A stretch of 64,000 nt of DNA from a virus (IMGVR_UViG_3300033121_000147:5693-69692), one strand, 5' to 3'. Counted from the first letter of the stretch, positions 18,926-29,731 are shown. Notes: generated by a model from the sequence alone, not told the origin. Numbers and translations: made by a program.

Positions 18926-19323
18926 TAAAACATCCTGTTCAAACGTAGCAACTTGTTCATCTTCTCAAGCGAACTTCCAACAGACCCACCGTGAGTCATG
19001 TCGAAGGCACGTTTAGCCACCTTGGCCTTATGCACGAAGGCGTCCACCTTAGGAGCTCCTACCATACTACCACGACTCAATGTACGTGGTTTCAGATACC
19101 CTGTTCCTTCTGCTTGTACGTGAGCATCTCTGAACCTACCACCCCAACCAGCAAAGCTCTTCTCTGGCATTCCACCAATAGTGCCAATGCCGATACCTTC
19201 AGAACGAGAAGAAGGACCGACTGAGGGTCCTCTTCTGTAACCAATGGCTGTGGCCCTGGCATTCTCCATCATCTTTCGGCTGGGTTGAGAACCCTGGCTT
19301 GGGACGCTAGTTGTCTTACCCAT
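18925..19323 (-). CDS. Small basic Gly/Ser/Arg-rich hypothetical protein
   Basis: 132 aa; TAATG coupling at both ends; low-complexity basic composition. Confidence 0.7.
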   Translation of the reverse strand: MGKTTSVPSQGSQPSRKMMENARATAIGYRRGPSVGPSSRSEGIGIGTIGGMPEKSFAGWGGRFRDAHVQAEGTGYLKPRTLSRGSMVGAPKVDAFVHKAKVAKRAFDMTHGGSVGSSLEKMNKLLRLNRMF

Positions 19324-22300
19324 TAAAAGGCTCCGTTAAGGGCACTTGGCATGCCAGATTGATCGTAGTTGCGACTGCTATAAGTAGACCCGGTTGACTG
19401 AGATCCAGTGTAGCGCTCTGCGCTCTTGCGGAACCCTCTGTGGTCTCCGCCTCTGGTGTTGATCTTGTACTTCACACCTCCCCCTTGTGGAGGATGGTAC
19501 TGATCCATAGTCTCGGTTGGTCTGTCGTAGTAGTCTTCGTAGGCGCTACCACCCGGTAGCAGTGGTGGCCCCTCCATGTCGTGATTGGTTCTATCCTTCA
19601 CTCCTCTGTATATAGTAGAGGCTAAAACCACAGCACCCACCGCTAAGCCTGCTTTTCGTACTCCTGGTAGATCAGCAAAGCCCTTCAGGTGCTCCATCGC
19701 ACTCATGGCTTGAGGTCCGCGAGCAAAGCCCTTACCATTCATGACGCCATTCTTCACTGCATCAGCGATGTCGTAAGCTGCAGCCATAGCTCCGGCACGC
19801 TTCTCTCCTGGTAACTCAGTGAAGCGGCTGGCTCCTGACTTGAGGAAGTCTTCAGTGATAGTTGACGCCTCACCCATCACATCACGAGCTACTCGCACAT
19901 GCTCTGCTGTATAGAAGTCTGACTCACCCAGGCTAGAGCTGGCATTACGGTAATCGAAGGAAGCTCTAGCTACAGCCTGAGCCCTAGCCAATGTACCTTC
20001 CTGCACTGCCGAGAAAGCCGAACTGCCCTGGTACTGCTGAATGAACGCCCCCATAGCCTGAGTAGCGCGGCTACCCATGCTCCCGCCCTCTAGGAACTCA
20101 GAGAAGGTACGCTGTACAGCTTCTCTAGCTCTGGCATTCTTGAACATGTCGCTAGACGTGTCCTCACCGACCATGCCAAGCATCATCTCTTGAATCTCGT
20201 TAGGGATACCAACACCACCAGCTTCTACTGCAGCTCTGGCATTGTGGTAGGACTCCGCCATAGCACGAGCATCAGCTAACGCCTGCTGATCAAAGGCAGT
20301 GCGCTTGATAGCGCGCTGGAGATCCATATTCTCAGTGTACTTGCGCATCAGATACTCTCTGTGCTCGTCAGCCTGTCGCTGGAGCTTCATGGCTCTACCG
20401 AAGGGAGCGTTAGCCGCCTCCTCGGCGGTCATGATGATGTCGTCCATACTCGCATCGGGGTCTACATTGGCCAGCATCTGAGGGATGAGTGCCCTCATGC
20501 GCGGGTTGAATCGATGCTCCAGACGAAGAGGATCCAACTTGACGCCAGTGATCCTGGCAGTCTCAACCATGTCCTGCATCATGGCAAGAGCGATAGCCTC
20601 AATACCCTGAGGAGTAAGAGAACCATAACTCTCACTGAAGCCCTTGGTCAAGGGGTCAATAACAGCCTCTTGAATGAGGTACTTGAGAGGACTAGCCATA
20701 GTCTGTCCGGCGTCCTCGACTTGCTTAGCATATTCGTCAGCCATCTCTCGGACGAGAGAGTAATTACCCAGGACTCCTGAACCACGTTCACGTACTAGTC
20801 TCTGACTCCAATCGCTTAACTCGTATGGATCCAAAGCCACAGGGCCACCGAATAGAGCAATCACGTTGTCTGGCGTATCTTTGCTAGATAGCATGCTGCC
20901 GAACTTGGCAATCTGAGCATTGACGTATGACTCGTAATTACCTGGATTCAGTAGCTCCATACCAGCAGGGACATGAGCGCTCCTAAGGAGGTCTATGTCA
21001 TCGGCGCTAAGACGAGGGACATTGGCTTTGATTACGTCGTAAGCCGCTGACTCGATGTCTGAGATCTGCTGACTGACCTGTGGCAAGAGAACATTTCGCA
21101 GGGCGTCGTTCTCCTTCTGGGCAGCTACGATCTCATTCGCCTTGCGCTTTGGGTCACGCATGATAGCTTCATTGGCATCTATGCGAGCCTCGTAGCTTCT
21201 ACGCTGCTGAGCTACACGTGGGTGGATGTCATAGAAGCCTACGTTGGCTAGAGACTGCTGAAGAGCAGTGTTCTGACCGGGTTCAGCCGTAGACATACGA
21301 GCAAGCTCTAACACACTCTGCCTTGTCGGTCGAGCCACCGCGACCTCGCCACTAGCCATAGGGTTACGGATGTTCACGCCAACAAGCTCACCAGTAGCCT
21401 CGTCGAGACGAAGCATTGAGGCGAGGGAGTCGTCGAAGTCGGCACCGCCGTGAGCTTCATACAGTTGCCGTACAAAGTCCTCTCCGTTGTAAGTGAGTCC
21501 GAACCGTGGATCTACAGAGAACTCACCCTCTGCTACATGTTGACCAGTAGCGAGGTAACCCCAGATGTCGCCCTGCATGTGCATACGGGCTGAAACTGGA
21601 ACATGACCATAGAGTTGCCCTTCGTGCTTGGCGCCGCCTAGGAGTGATTCGCGCATACCTTCAGCGACCTCGCGAAACATGGGCTCATGAGTAGCTGTGT
21701 TGAGACCCATTCTCTGCATAGTGAGGATTCGCTGAGCTCGTGACTGTTGGTTCATGAGAGATGCGTCATCAATGATACCGAACCCACGCATGATGTCTTT
21801 GATGTCGTCCGGAGCATTAGGGTCGTAACCACTGACGCCGAGTAGCTTACGAAGAGAGGTCTCGTAACCAGCAGGAAGCTCTCCTGTAGTAGCCATGTGC
21901 TCCAGCTGACTCTCATACCAAGCTGTACTCTCTCCAATAACCCCAGCGTAGTTGGGTCCGCCGTATACCTGCTGTCCATAGGCTGCCATAGTCTGAGCGT
22001 CGGCATTGACGCCACCGGACATGTGAACAGGCTTGAGTGAGATATGGGTAGGAAGATTACCACGGCCATACTGACCAGTAAGGTTCGATTGAACAGTGAT
22101 GATGTCAAGCGAATTCGGATCAACCGGACCGACCCCAAACAGTGGAGAAGCACGGCCTACCCATTCGTTCCATTCTCCGCCAAGCGCTGGTACGTTCACA
22201 TCACCCTTGATCATGGCGTCTTGTAGATGCTGGAATTGAGGGTCCGCGATACTTAGACCAGTAACACGGAAGTCCTGTAGACGTCCGCCCTTCTGCGCAA

Positions 22301-23192
22301 TAGCTCTGAGCTTGCTAGCTTCAGCTTTGGTAGCGGCGATGTTCTTCTTGGCTAGTCTGAGCTCTACAGGAGACAGACCAGCCAGCGCAGCCTCGTCTGC
22401 TTTAGCGCTAGCCTCCATCTTGTCAGCCATGTCCATAAGCACTTGGGGGTTCATGATAGACATACCTGAAGCGTTACGTTCAGCGACCTTGGCGTCTGTG
22501 AGTAGAGACCTGACACCGCCCATCTGAAGAGCTAGAGGGTTGTCATCAGCGAAGACACCAACACGAAGTGGCGAGTCTAATGCTGCGTGCATGGCTTCTG
22601 GGTTACCCAGAACCTTCAAGCGCTTCATGAGCTTTACGAAGCTCGCCTCGTCACTGGGGTTGAAATTGTAACCTGCTGCCTTGAAGGCCTCTCGAATCTC
22701 TTGCTGGGTCAGCTCATCTTCACCACGAAACATACGCAGGACGGTGGTCGTCTCGTCGTCAGGGATAGCAAACCCATACGTCTTGCCTCCTCTGACAAAG
22801 TGCTCTGCCTGAGCCGCCGTAGCCCCTGTACGTACCCCATAGGCCTCGCGAACAATACTGACGTCCTGATAGCCAGGAACGCCTCTAATGTCCCTAGAGA
22901 CCTGTCTCAGCTCATCGTAGTCGTATGAACCAGTAGGAGAGAGTGCTCGCACTGGTCGGCCGGGTAAGGTGTCGATGACCTCTCGCTTCTTGAAGCCAGA
23001 AGCCTGCAGCCAAGCTGCTGCCTCCATCGGAGTCTCAAAGTACTGACCCTTCACCGGTCCCTTGAACACCTGCTTACCGCTGACAGGGTGAGACACCATC
23101 TCCAACGTACCCAAACTACGCCCCATCATCGAGGATAGGACGTGCTTCCAAACTGGGTCGTTATTGAGATCGTGGATGCTATCGCCTGCCAC
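19323..23192 (-). CDS. Putative single-chain two-barrel (YonO/RdRP-like) RNA polymerase, probably virion-associated
   Basis: Ordered motifs ASGMSIMNP (aa ~241), QDFR..IKGD (R309, K329), VAEGEFSV, GGADFDD (aa 582-588), IRNP (R609), VLGNYS..ADEY..QEAVIDPLTKG (aa ~807-851); TAGTG coupling to the TMP; hydrophobic helix near the C-terminus. Confidence 0.6.
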   Translation of the reverse strand: MAGDSIHDLNNDPVWKHVLSSMMGRSLGTLEMVSHPVSGKQVFKGPVKGQYFETPMEAAAWLQASGFKKREVIDTLPGRPVRALSPTGSYDYDELRQVSRDIRGVPGYQDVSIVREAYGVRTGATAAQAEHFVRGGKTYGFAIPDDETTTVLRMFRGEDELTQQEIREAFKAAGYNFNPSDEASFVKLMKRLKVLGNPEAMHAALDSPLRVGVFADDNPLALQMGGVRSLLTDAKVAERNASGMSIMNPQVLMDMADKMEASAKADEAALAGLSPVELRLAKKNIAATKAEASKLRAIAQKGGRLQDFRVTGLSIADPQFQHLQDAMIKGDVNVPALGGEWNEWVGRASPLFGVGPVDPNSLDIITVQSNLTGQYGRGNLPTHISLKPVHMSGGVNADAQTMAAYGQQVYGGPNYAGVIGESTAWYESQLEHMATTGELPAGYETSLRKLLGVSGYDPNAPDDIKDIMRGFGIIDDASLMNQQSRAQRILTMQRMGLNTATHEPMFREVAEGMRESLLGGAKHEGQLYGHVPVSARMHMQGDIWGYLATGQHVAEGEFSVDPRFGLTYNGEDFVRQLYEAHGGADFDDSLASMLRLDEATGELVGVNIRNPMASGEVAVARPTRQSVLELARMSTAEPGQNTALQQSLANVGFYDIHPRVAQQRRSYEARIDANEAIMRDPKRKANEIVAAQKENDALRNVLLPQVSQQISDIESAAYDVIKANVPRLSADDIDLLRSAHVPAGMELLNPGNYESYVNAQIAKFGSMLSSKDTPDNVIALFGGPVALDPYELSDWSQRLVRERGSGVLGNYSLVREMADEYAKQVEDAGQTMASPLKYLIQEAVIDPLTKGFSESYGSLTPQGIEAIALAMMQDMVETARITGVKLDPLRLEHRFNPRMRALIPQMLANVDPDASMDDIIMTAEEAANAPFGRAMKLQRQADEHREYLMRKYTENMDLQRAIKRTAFDQQALADARAMAESYHNARAAVEAGGVGIPNEIQEMMLGMVGEDTSSDMFKNARAREAVQRTFSEFLEGGSMGSRATQAMGAFIQQYQGSSAFSAVQEGTLARAQAVARASFDYRNASSSLGESDFYTAEHVRVARDVMGEASTITEDFLKSGASRFTELPGEKRAGAMAAAYDIADAVKNGVMNGKGFARGPQAMSAMEHLKGFADLPGVRKAGLAVGAVVLASTIYRGVKDRTNHDMEGPPLLPGGSAYEDYYDRPTETMDQYHPPQGGGVKYKINTRGGDHRGFRKSAERYTGSQSTGSTYSSRNYDQSGMPSALNGAF

Positions 23193-26100
23193 TAGTTATA
23201 CGCTCCTGATTGAATGTCTAATCTAGTCCCTGGATAGGGAGTGTAGACCGGAACAATGTCTCCATGCATACCGTGCTCTCTCATGAGTCTTCTTAGTTGC
23301 ATGGCTGTGTGTGAAGTTCCCTTAGAGAAGTTGGGGTAGCTTGGGTTAACGAGATTAGCCTCTTTGACTTGCTGTGGGTAGTAGCCCATCTCTGACATAT
23401 CAATGCCCTGGCTTTGCCCCATCTTGATCTTGACCTGTTCCATACTAGTACCAGGCTGCCAGCCCTCCCAACCTGGATCTGGTAGCTCATGCTGAGAGAA
23501 GTACTTCTCTAGGTCAGGACGCTGCTCCACGGGTTGACCCCACGCAGCCTCATAGAAGCGACGCTCTAAACGGCCAGCAGTAGACAGAATCTGAGCGTGT
23601 TCTGACTGAGGAGCCTGGATCATGGCCTCGAAGTACTCGCGCTTACGCTTGGGCATGGAGAGCATTTGCTGCTGGATGTCACCACTGTAGATGTCACCGC
23701 CATACATAGTTCCCTTGGACTGGTTCATCCAGTACTGAGCTGCCGACTGGTCACCCTGCTGCTGTGCCTGGTTCTGAAGTCTCGTGTACTTCACGTAGTT
23801 CAGCATGTCGGAGTACTCTTCGAGCGCCAGTTCCTTACGACGCTCAGTTGGGATATAGCGCTGACCAGTGATGGCCTGATAACCCTTACCGACGGTACCG
23901 GCAACCAGACCTGTAGCAGCGCCAATCAAACCACCAACGGCCTTAGCTTTACCTGATCGACCGAAGAAGGTACCAGCAGCTCCAAGGAACAGTGCAGCTC
24001 CGATTGGGTTACGCTGTGTGGCGCGACGTGCCATAGGAGCAATGAACCCCTTGATAGGGTGCTGCCACTCAGGGAACGTAGCACCATACACACTCTCACG
24101 CTCCCAATCCTCTACCGCAGTATGGTGAGGTAGGAACTTGGTGTTGAAGAATGAGTCCTGGTGAGCAAGCTTCTCAAACTCTGATCTAGCGAAGAACTCC
24201 AACTCACTCATACCCAGCTCAGCGGCGCTGGTGTCACGGTACTTATAGGGAGTGAACTGATGAGCGTGGCTCATCTCTTCAACCTGAGAACGTGTGGTGG
24301 CGATCTGACCACCAGCATTCGGACCAAGCATTCGGTCGATGGCGCGGTATTCGGTAGACCATGGAGCTACGTCACCCAGGATCTTGTGGATGTCTTTGAT
24401 GCCATACTTGCCGTACTGATCTGGATGTAGTCGATTGAATCGCTCGTACCCCTTACCAGGCAGACGCATCTCGCCCTCGTTCACCTTGGTGTATGGATCA
24501 CCTTGGTGGAAGTTGAGGTAGTAGCCAGAGCCATCACCAGGTAACCATGGAGCTGTCTTAGCCATGGTGTTAGGGATGGGGTTGATGAACTGAGTACCTG
24601 AGCGCTCCTTAGGGATGAATCGTCGGGCGATCTCCGAGAACTCAATGTTGGCCCAGTTACCTTCCATCGGTGACGTCATGTCACCTAGACCACCAAGGTT
24701 CAGATCCCAGAAGCCTCTTGTTGATCCGTAGGCCTTGTTGGCTGACTCCAGGACGGGAGCATTGGGGACGAAGTCCTGCTCTCCATAGCCCAACTGTGAG
24801 CGCAAAGCACCGAAGGCGAAGCCGTAGATACCAGCCATTTCCTGAGCTTGGTATCCAAACTTCCCAGCCTGGTACTTGAAGCTTCCCTCGCTGAGTGGCT
24901 GTACACCGGGAACGATGCGAGGAGGCATAGCACCACGTTGTAGTGGCATAGCGTAGGCCGCTTGTGAGTACTGCTGGTTGATAGAGCTGATGGCCTCAGC
25001 GGTCATCACACTACCGGTGGCCGGTGACACCTTTCCAGCACGAGACATGCTGGAGTTGTAGGCGCTAATAGAACTGTTCACCATTGGTGCAGAGCCAGCC
25101 CGGCCAGGAGAACCTACTCCTGAAGAACCCTTGACAGTCGAGTAGCCCCCGCCAGAGAACCCACCGCCACCACCCTGGCCACCAATAACGGCTGATGGTG
25201 CAGCCTGGAAGGCACCAGCGTCACCGATTGGAGCGTAACCAGCTAGACCCTGTGACAGCTCCTCTTCGTGCATGGTGAGGCGAGGCTTTAGAACGCGGCC
25301 AACAGTGTTGTTGAGGAGAGAGGTTACAGGACCCCAAGGACCAGAGAAGTAGTCACCGCTGACAGGGTATGGACGGTCCTGATAGTGCTTGCGCTCGAAG
25401 CGGTATGGGTCCAGAGGGCGTAGAGGAGAGAAGTCATAACCGAAGGCCAGACGCTCTAGAGGACTACCAAAGGTCTGGTCTGTGTAAGAGTAACCAGACT
25501 TCAGTCTTCTCAGCCACGATGGACGGTAGTACTGTACTTTACCGCCCTTCCATGGAGTGTTACCCAGCGGCCACCAGCGACCAGCACGGATAGGTACCTC
25601 ACCGTTCTCTAGCTCTTCCTTCTTCTGTTGATAGGTCTGCCCTCCTGGAACCGCTCCAGCAAGGACCATCTGAGCGTGAGCTACCACATCAGCGGCATGT
25701 CCTAGAACGAATGGAGAGTAGACTCTATCTCCGTTGGCGTCCTTAGGGTTGACATAGCCACCAACAGTGCGGTCAGCGGTCAGAGCTATAGTCCCAGCAC
25801 CAACGATAGGCAGTACGCGCTTACCCAGCAGGCCTCGCACATACAGATCTACAGGGCTCTTGTACTTGGTTGGATCTAGCGAGAGACCCACGATGTCAGC
25901 GTATCGGTTGAGACGCTCAACCATGTGGCCGCTGACAATGGAGGTTCCTGAAAAGCCTTCAGGATCGTTCCACGTACCAAAGCCTAATGCTCCAGCTACT
26001 GCCTTACGTGGGTTACGTGCAAAGGTAGTGCCAAAGGTTGGCACTAGCGCAGTACGTGAACCGAATGGGTTGTACTCTGTGCCAGCGTACTCGTAACGTG

Positions 26101-29100
26101 AAGTTCCAAGACCCCTACGTAGGTAGGGGTGGAGCTTCTGAAGGCGACCCGACATAGTGTCGACATGACCCTGTTGCAGGTCTTTAGCGAGATCGCCAAC
26201 ACTGTCAGCTCTACGCCCAGTCATCAAACTGGCTAGGGTGGCCTGGAAGTTCTCTAGTGTGGTTCCCTCTGAACGGTACGAGGAAACGTGACTATAGTCA
26301 ACCTGCAGAGACAGCATGGCTGCTCGCGCCTCAATGTAGTCAGCTCGGGATAGCTGACCGTTTGAACGCATGACCTGCAGATCGCTGGTTAGGCTTGAGA
26401 TGGTCTGGTCGAAGTCTCCGTTGTTAAGGAGAGCGTCACGCATGAGGAAGTACTTCTCAGCGTCGACCTTAGCCTTATCGAAACGAGTGTTGATCGTACC
26501 GCTTCGTGAGGCTCCGGGTACTGGCTCAGTCCAGAACCCTGGTGTGGTGCCACCTCGAAGATGCTGATCCACGAACATGGACTGACCACGACGCATAGAG
26601 GACTGAACCTCTGACGGCATGGTGGACATGCGCTTCACGTCCTGGCGGACTACAGATCCCATCAACTCCTGTAACTGAGTTGGGGTATGCACGTCAGCCA
26701 GGTTAACCTGACCCTTAGGTAGGGAGGGAAGGTCTTCTGTGACGTCGAACTTGAACAGGTCCTTGAAGGAGCTGGACTTCTGAACTGAGAGAGGAATACC
26801 CTGAGTCTTGACGTTCGATGACAGCAGGTTCAGGGCATGAGAGACTTCAGCTGGTGTTCGCCTGATCTGATTCGCCGCATTAACAACCGCCCCCGTAGAG
26901 GGATCGAGAGTTAGTAGCTCTCCACCCTCGGTGACCGTCTCGCCTCTTAGTAGCCTGGCGAAAATCATTGGGTTGTTGATGTCTGAACGACGGTTCTTCA
27001 GACGCTTAGCCCATCCGAAGAGCGAGTCAGGCTGATCCTCAGCAATGTTGAAGATGCTCTTGAACTTGCTCCAAGTGTTGCTACGAGATTGGTCTGCTGG
27101 TGCCGGACCCTTACCGAGATCTCCAACAGCCAATCTCAGATGGTGAGCTGCAATCGAGTTACCGCTGGCTGCGAAAGGTCGGAAGGATCCACTCAGACGG
27201 TCATGGATGAGGGTGTGGTTGTCGTACGAGTACGAGGTGACCGAACCCTTAGAGCCATGAATGCCCTTCTTGCTCCACATGTGGAAGCTAGAGTCATAAG
27301 GCTTACTGCCGATGAAGGCTTGGTTTGAGGAGCCTGGAATGTACTGCAACAGAGGAGAGTCGCGCATAGCTCGACGACTCTGGTGACCCAGCATGTTGAG
27401 TGGACTGAAGTGCAGCAGCGGGACCTGGAACTCGTCAGCGATCGTGTCGGTGACCTTGTTGAACTTCCGCTTGATGGCGTTGACATCAATGATCTGACCA
27501 TGCTTGGTCTGGAACACGCCACCCAGACCGTAGTCTCCTACAGACCCTACTGGATCCTGGGTTCTGATGTGGTCCAGCATGTCTTGCAGATGTTGCTGCT
27601 GCTTGTCGTTCTTGGCGATCTGGCCATGGCTGAGAGCATCGGCCATACCGAGAGACTTGAAGCCGAACAGATTACGTCCACCAGCATGCCAAGGCTTACC
27701 GATTGAGCCATTGGTGACCAGGAAGGCTCGCTGCATGTCATAGTTGTTGGCGCCAAAGCCATAGCTGGCCAGGCGAGAAACCACCGCACCGTGAGACACT
27801 GGTCGACCGTGCTGGTCGAGCATGTTCATGCCGAGCTGTTGAGCTGTCCTACGATTGAGGAAGCGCTTCTCGTTCTGACCTAGAGCTCCAGCGAAGATCT
27901 CATAAGAAGGCTTACCCTGACTTGCCAAGGTAGCCGCAATGCGCGGCACCTCGTTGTTGTACATCGTGTTCCACTCATTAGCTATCCTCTTGTTGACAGC
28001 CTGAGAGAAGCTCTTCTTCTGGAACATGGAGTCAACCTGTTGCAGGGCATCAGGCATCACATGGCGCAGCTTGGCAGCATCCTGGTGATTCTTGAGACCC
28101 AGCTTGTCGAGGATGTTCCCCATGAAGTCTTGGTGACTGGTAAGGATCTCGGAATCGCCAATGTGGACTCGTTGAGTCTTGTCTGTCTTACCATAGAGAG
28201 ATGGTGGCTCTACCTTCACCATCTTCTGGATCTGTTCGATACTCTCTGTCGTCACACCAGCAGAACGCAACTTCTGCTGGAAGTGAGAGTTGTACAGCCC
28301 GCTCAATTGCCCCTTGTAGAACTCACCGCCAGCGAACTCACCGCTGAGGCGCCCATTCTTACCAACCTGAACAGGGGCTACTGCTCCCAGAGAGTTCAGC
28401 TGGGCCAGAAGGTCCTCGAATGGAGAGGACGACATACCCATAGCTCGACCTAGAGCTGCGGTCTTCCCAGGGTTGTTAGCGTACTTAGCTCTGAACTGAC
28501 GGTGACCAATCTGGTTCACCTCACGAAGGGCATCGAACTCGTCGCCCATCTCATTCCACTTACTACCAGCGGCCTTCACACCAGACTGGATACCCTTGAA
28601 GGGACCAGGCAGATAGTCAAGCGCGCTGTGGTTCAGCAGCTTCTGAGAAACGTTCTTCCATTTGAGATTCTGAGCAACCTTCTTCTGCTGTACGGCCTTA
28701 GCTGCCGCGGCTGCACCAGAACGGTTCTTGTAGAGCGTACCCACAAGGTCCATACTGGCAGCGCGGGCTTCGTTAACGCCAGCCGAGAAGGAGCCTGTTA
28801 CCTGACTAGAGTATTGGATGCCCTGGTTGAGGATGGTACCAGCATCATGACCTACCTCACCGAGGATAGCCTGGAGGCTAACTGTACCCTTGTACGCTTG
28901 TTGTTGCCATGGGGTTAGCTTGGTGACATCATCACCCAAGGTCATCAGTCTACGCCAAGTCTGGCTACCTGCAGACTGGCCGAGCTCCAGTGGCGAGAAC
29001 ATGAAAGCGGCGTTCTTGACGCTCTGAGTTACGAAGTCACTGATGACGTCAGCGGGGTTGGCCCAATTGACCTTCTGCTTATCCTCGTTACCGAAGAGCG

Positions 29101-29713
29101 GATCGATGACAGCTCTCTGAGCCAGATAAGCGGCAGGGAGCTCGTAGGGGAGACGTCGAGCCTGAGACACCATCTTCTGTTGGATCTCATCGCTGTAACG
29201 CCAAACAGCAGGCATCTCTTTGCCTGCTCGCCTTGCCGACTCTTGCTCTGCCTTCGTGAAGAAGAAGCCTCGTACAGCTTGTGGATTACCATCGCTATAG
29301 GCGACTCCGCCTACCTTGTAAGCCCCTTCGGCATCTTCGATGAATAGCTTAGAAGCATTCGTGCCAGCGTAGTACTCTGACTTACGAACGATGCCCTGCC
29401 AGTCATCGATGTAGTCTCGAACCTCGCGCAGGCTCTTGATGGCGTTGGTCTTCCATGGCGTGTGCTCAGCATTCTCGCCAAGCTTGACCATAAGCTTGAC
29501 ACCACCATGCTGAACGACCTTACCTGCTACGTGGGCTGCGACTACAGTCGCAGCAGCGGTAGCAAAAAAGCGCATTACCGGGTGTTGGTAAAGCGCTTTG
29601 CCGATAAGGCCAGCCTGAGGATTGATTCCCTCAGTATCGCCTTCCCTCCAGCCAACCTGCTTGCTCGTTACACCGAAGCCCAGTTGGTAGTTGGGACCTT
29701 GATCTCTAATGAT
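23192..29713 (-). CDS. Tape measure protein-like (2127 aa from ATG 29575; ~2173 aa if the upstream ATC start is used)
   Basis: Very long Ala/Gly-rich helical protein directly after two tail chaperones; hydrophobic Gly/Ala-rich segments (IGAALFLGAAGTFFG, GGLIGAATGLVAG). The frame is open up to 29728. Confidence 0.75.
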   Translation of the reverse strand: MIRDQGPNYQLGFGVTSKQVGWREGDTEGINPQAGLIGKALYQHPVMRFFATAAATVVAAHVAGKVVQHGGVKLMVKLGENAEHTPWKTNAIKSLREVRDYIDDWQGIVRKSEYYAGTNASKLFIEDAEGAYKVGGVAYSDGNPQAVRGFFFTKAEQESARRAGKEMPAVWRYSDEIQQKMVSQARRLPYELPAAYLAQRAVIDPLFGNEDKQKVNWANPADVISDFVTQSVKNAAFMFSPLELGQSAGSQTWRRLMTLGDDVTKLTPWQQQAYKGTVSLQAILGEVGHDAGTILNQGIQYSSQVTGSFSAGVNEARAASMDLVGTLYKNRSGAAAAAKAVQQKKVAQNLKWKNVSQKLLNHSALDYLPGPFKGIQSGVKAAGSKWNEMGDEFDALREVNQIGHRQFRAKYANNPGKTAALGRAMGMSSSPFEDLLAQLNSLGAVAPVQVGKNGRLSGEFAGGEFYKGQLSGLYNSHFQQKLRSAGVTTESIEQIQKMVKVEPPSLYGKTDKTQRVHIGDSEILTSHQDFMGNILDKLGLKNHQDAAKLRHVMPDALQQVDSMFQKKSFSQAVNKRIANEWNTMYNNEVPRIAATLASQGKPSYEIFAGALGQNEKRFLNRRTAQQLGMNMLDQHGRPVSHGAVVSRLASYGFGANNYDMQRAFLVTNGSIGKPWHAGGRNLFGFKSLGMADALSHGQIAKNDKQQQHLQDMLDHIRTQDPVGSVGDYGLGGVFQTKHGQIIDVNAIKRKFNKVTDTIADEFQVPLLHFSPLNMLGHQSRRAMRDSPLLQYIPGSSNQAFIGSKPYDSSFHMWSKKGIHGSKGSVTSYSYDNHTLIHDRLSGSFRPFAASGNSIAAHHLRLAVGDLGKGPAPADQSRSNTWSKFKSIFNIAEDQPDSLFGWAKRLKNRRSDINNPMIFARLLRGETVTEGGELLTLDPSTGAVVNAANQIRRTPAEVSHALNLLSSNVKTQGIPLSVQKSSSFKDLFKFDVTEDLPSLPKGQVNLADVHTPTQLQELMGSVVRQDVKRMSTMPSEVQSSMRRGQSMFVDQHLRGGTTPGFWTEPVPGASRSGTINTRFDKAKVDAEKYFLMRDALLNNGDFDQTISSLTSDLQVMRSNGQLSRADYIEARAAMLSLQVDYSHVSSYRSEGTTLENFQATLASLMTGRRADSVGDLAKDLQQGHVDTMSGRLQKLHPYLRRGLGTSRYEYAGTEYNPFGSRTALVPTFGTTFARNPRKAVAGALGFGTWNDPEGFSGTSIVSGHMVERLNRYADIVGLSLDPTKYKSPVDLYVRGLLGKRVLPIVGAGTIALTADRTVGGYVNPKDANGDRVYSPFVLGHAADVVAHAQMVLAGAVPGGQTYQQKKEELENGEVPIRAGRWWPLGNTPWKGGKVQYYRPSWLRRLKSGYSYTDQTFGSPLERLAFGYDFSPLRPLDPYRFERKHYQDRPYPVSGDYFSGPWGPVTSLLNNTVGRVLKPRLTMHEEELSQGLAGYAPIGDAGAFQAAPSAVIGGQGGGGGFSGGGYSTVKGSSGVGSPGRAGSAPMVNSSISAYNSSMSRAGKVSPATGSVMTAEAISSINQQYSQAAYAMPLQRGAMPPRIVPGVQPLSEGSFKYQAGKFGYQAQEMAGIYGFAFGALRSQLGYGEQDFVPNAPVLESANKAYGSTRGFWDLNLGGLGDMTSPMEGNWANIEFSEIARRFIPKERSGTQFINPIPNTMAKTAPWLPGDGSGYYLNFHQGDPYTKVNEGEMRLPGKGYERFNRLHPDQYGKYGIKDIHKILGDVAPWSTEYRAIDRMLGPNAGGQIATTRSQVEEMSHAHQFTPYKYRDTSAAELGMSELEFFARSEFEKLAHQDSFFNTKFLPHHTAVEDWERESVYGATFPEWQHPIKGFIAPMARRATQRNPIGAALFLGAAGTFFGRSGKAKAVGGLIGAATGLVAGTVGKGYQAITGQRYIPTERRKELALEEYSDMLNYVKYTRLQNQAQQQGDQSAAQYWMNQSKGTMYGGDIYSGDIQQQMLSMPKRKREYFEAMIQAPQSEHAQILSTAGRLERRFYEAAWGQPVEQRPDLEKYFSQHELPDPGWEGWQPGTSMEQVKIKMGQSQGIDMSEMGYYPQQVKEANLVNPSYPNFSKGTSHTAMQLRRLMREHGMHGDIVPVYTPYPGTRLDIQSGAYN

Positions 29714-29731
29714 TTCGGTTACCCCCTTCTA

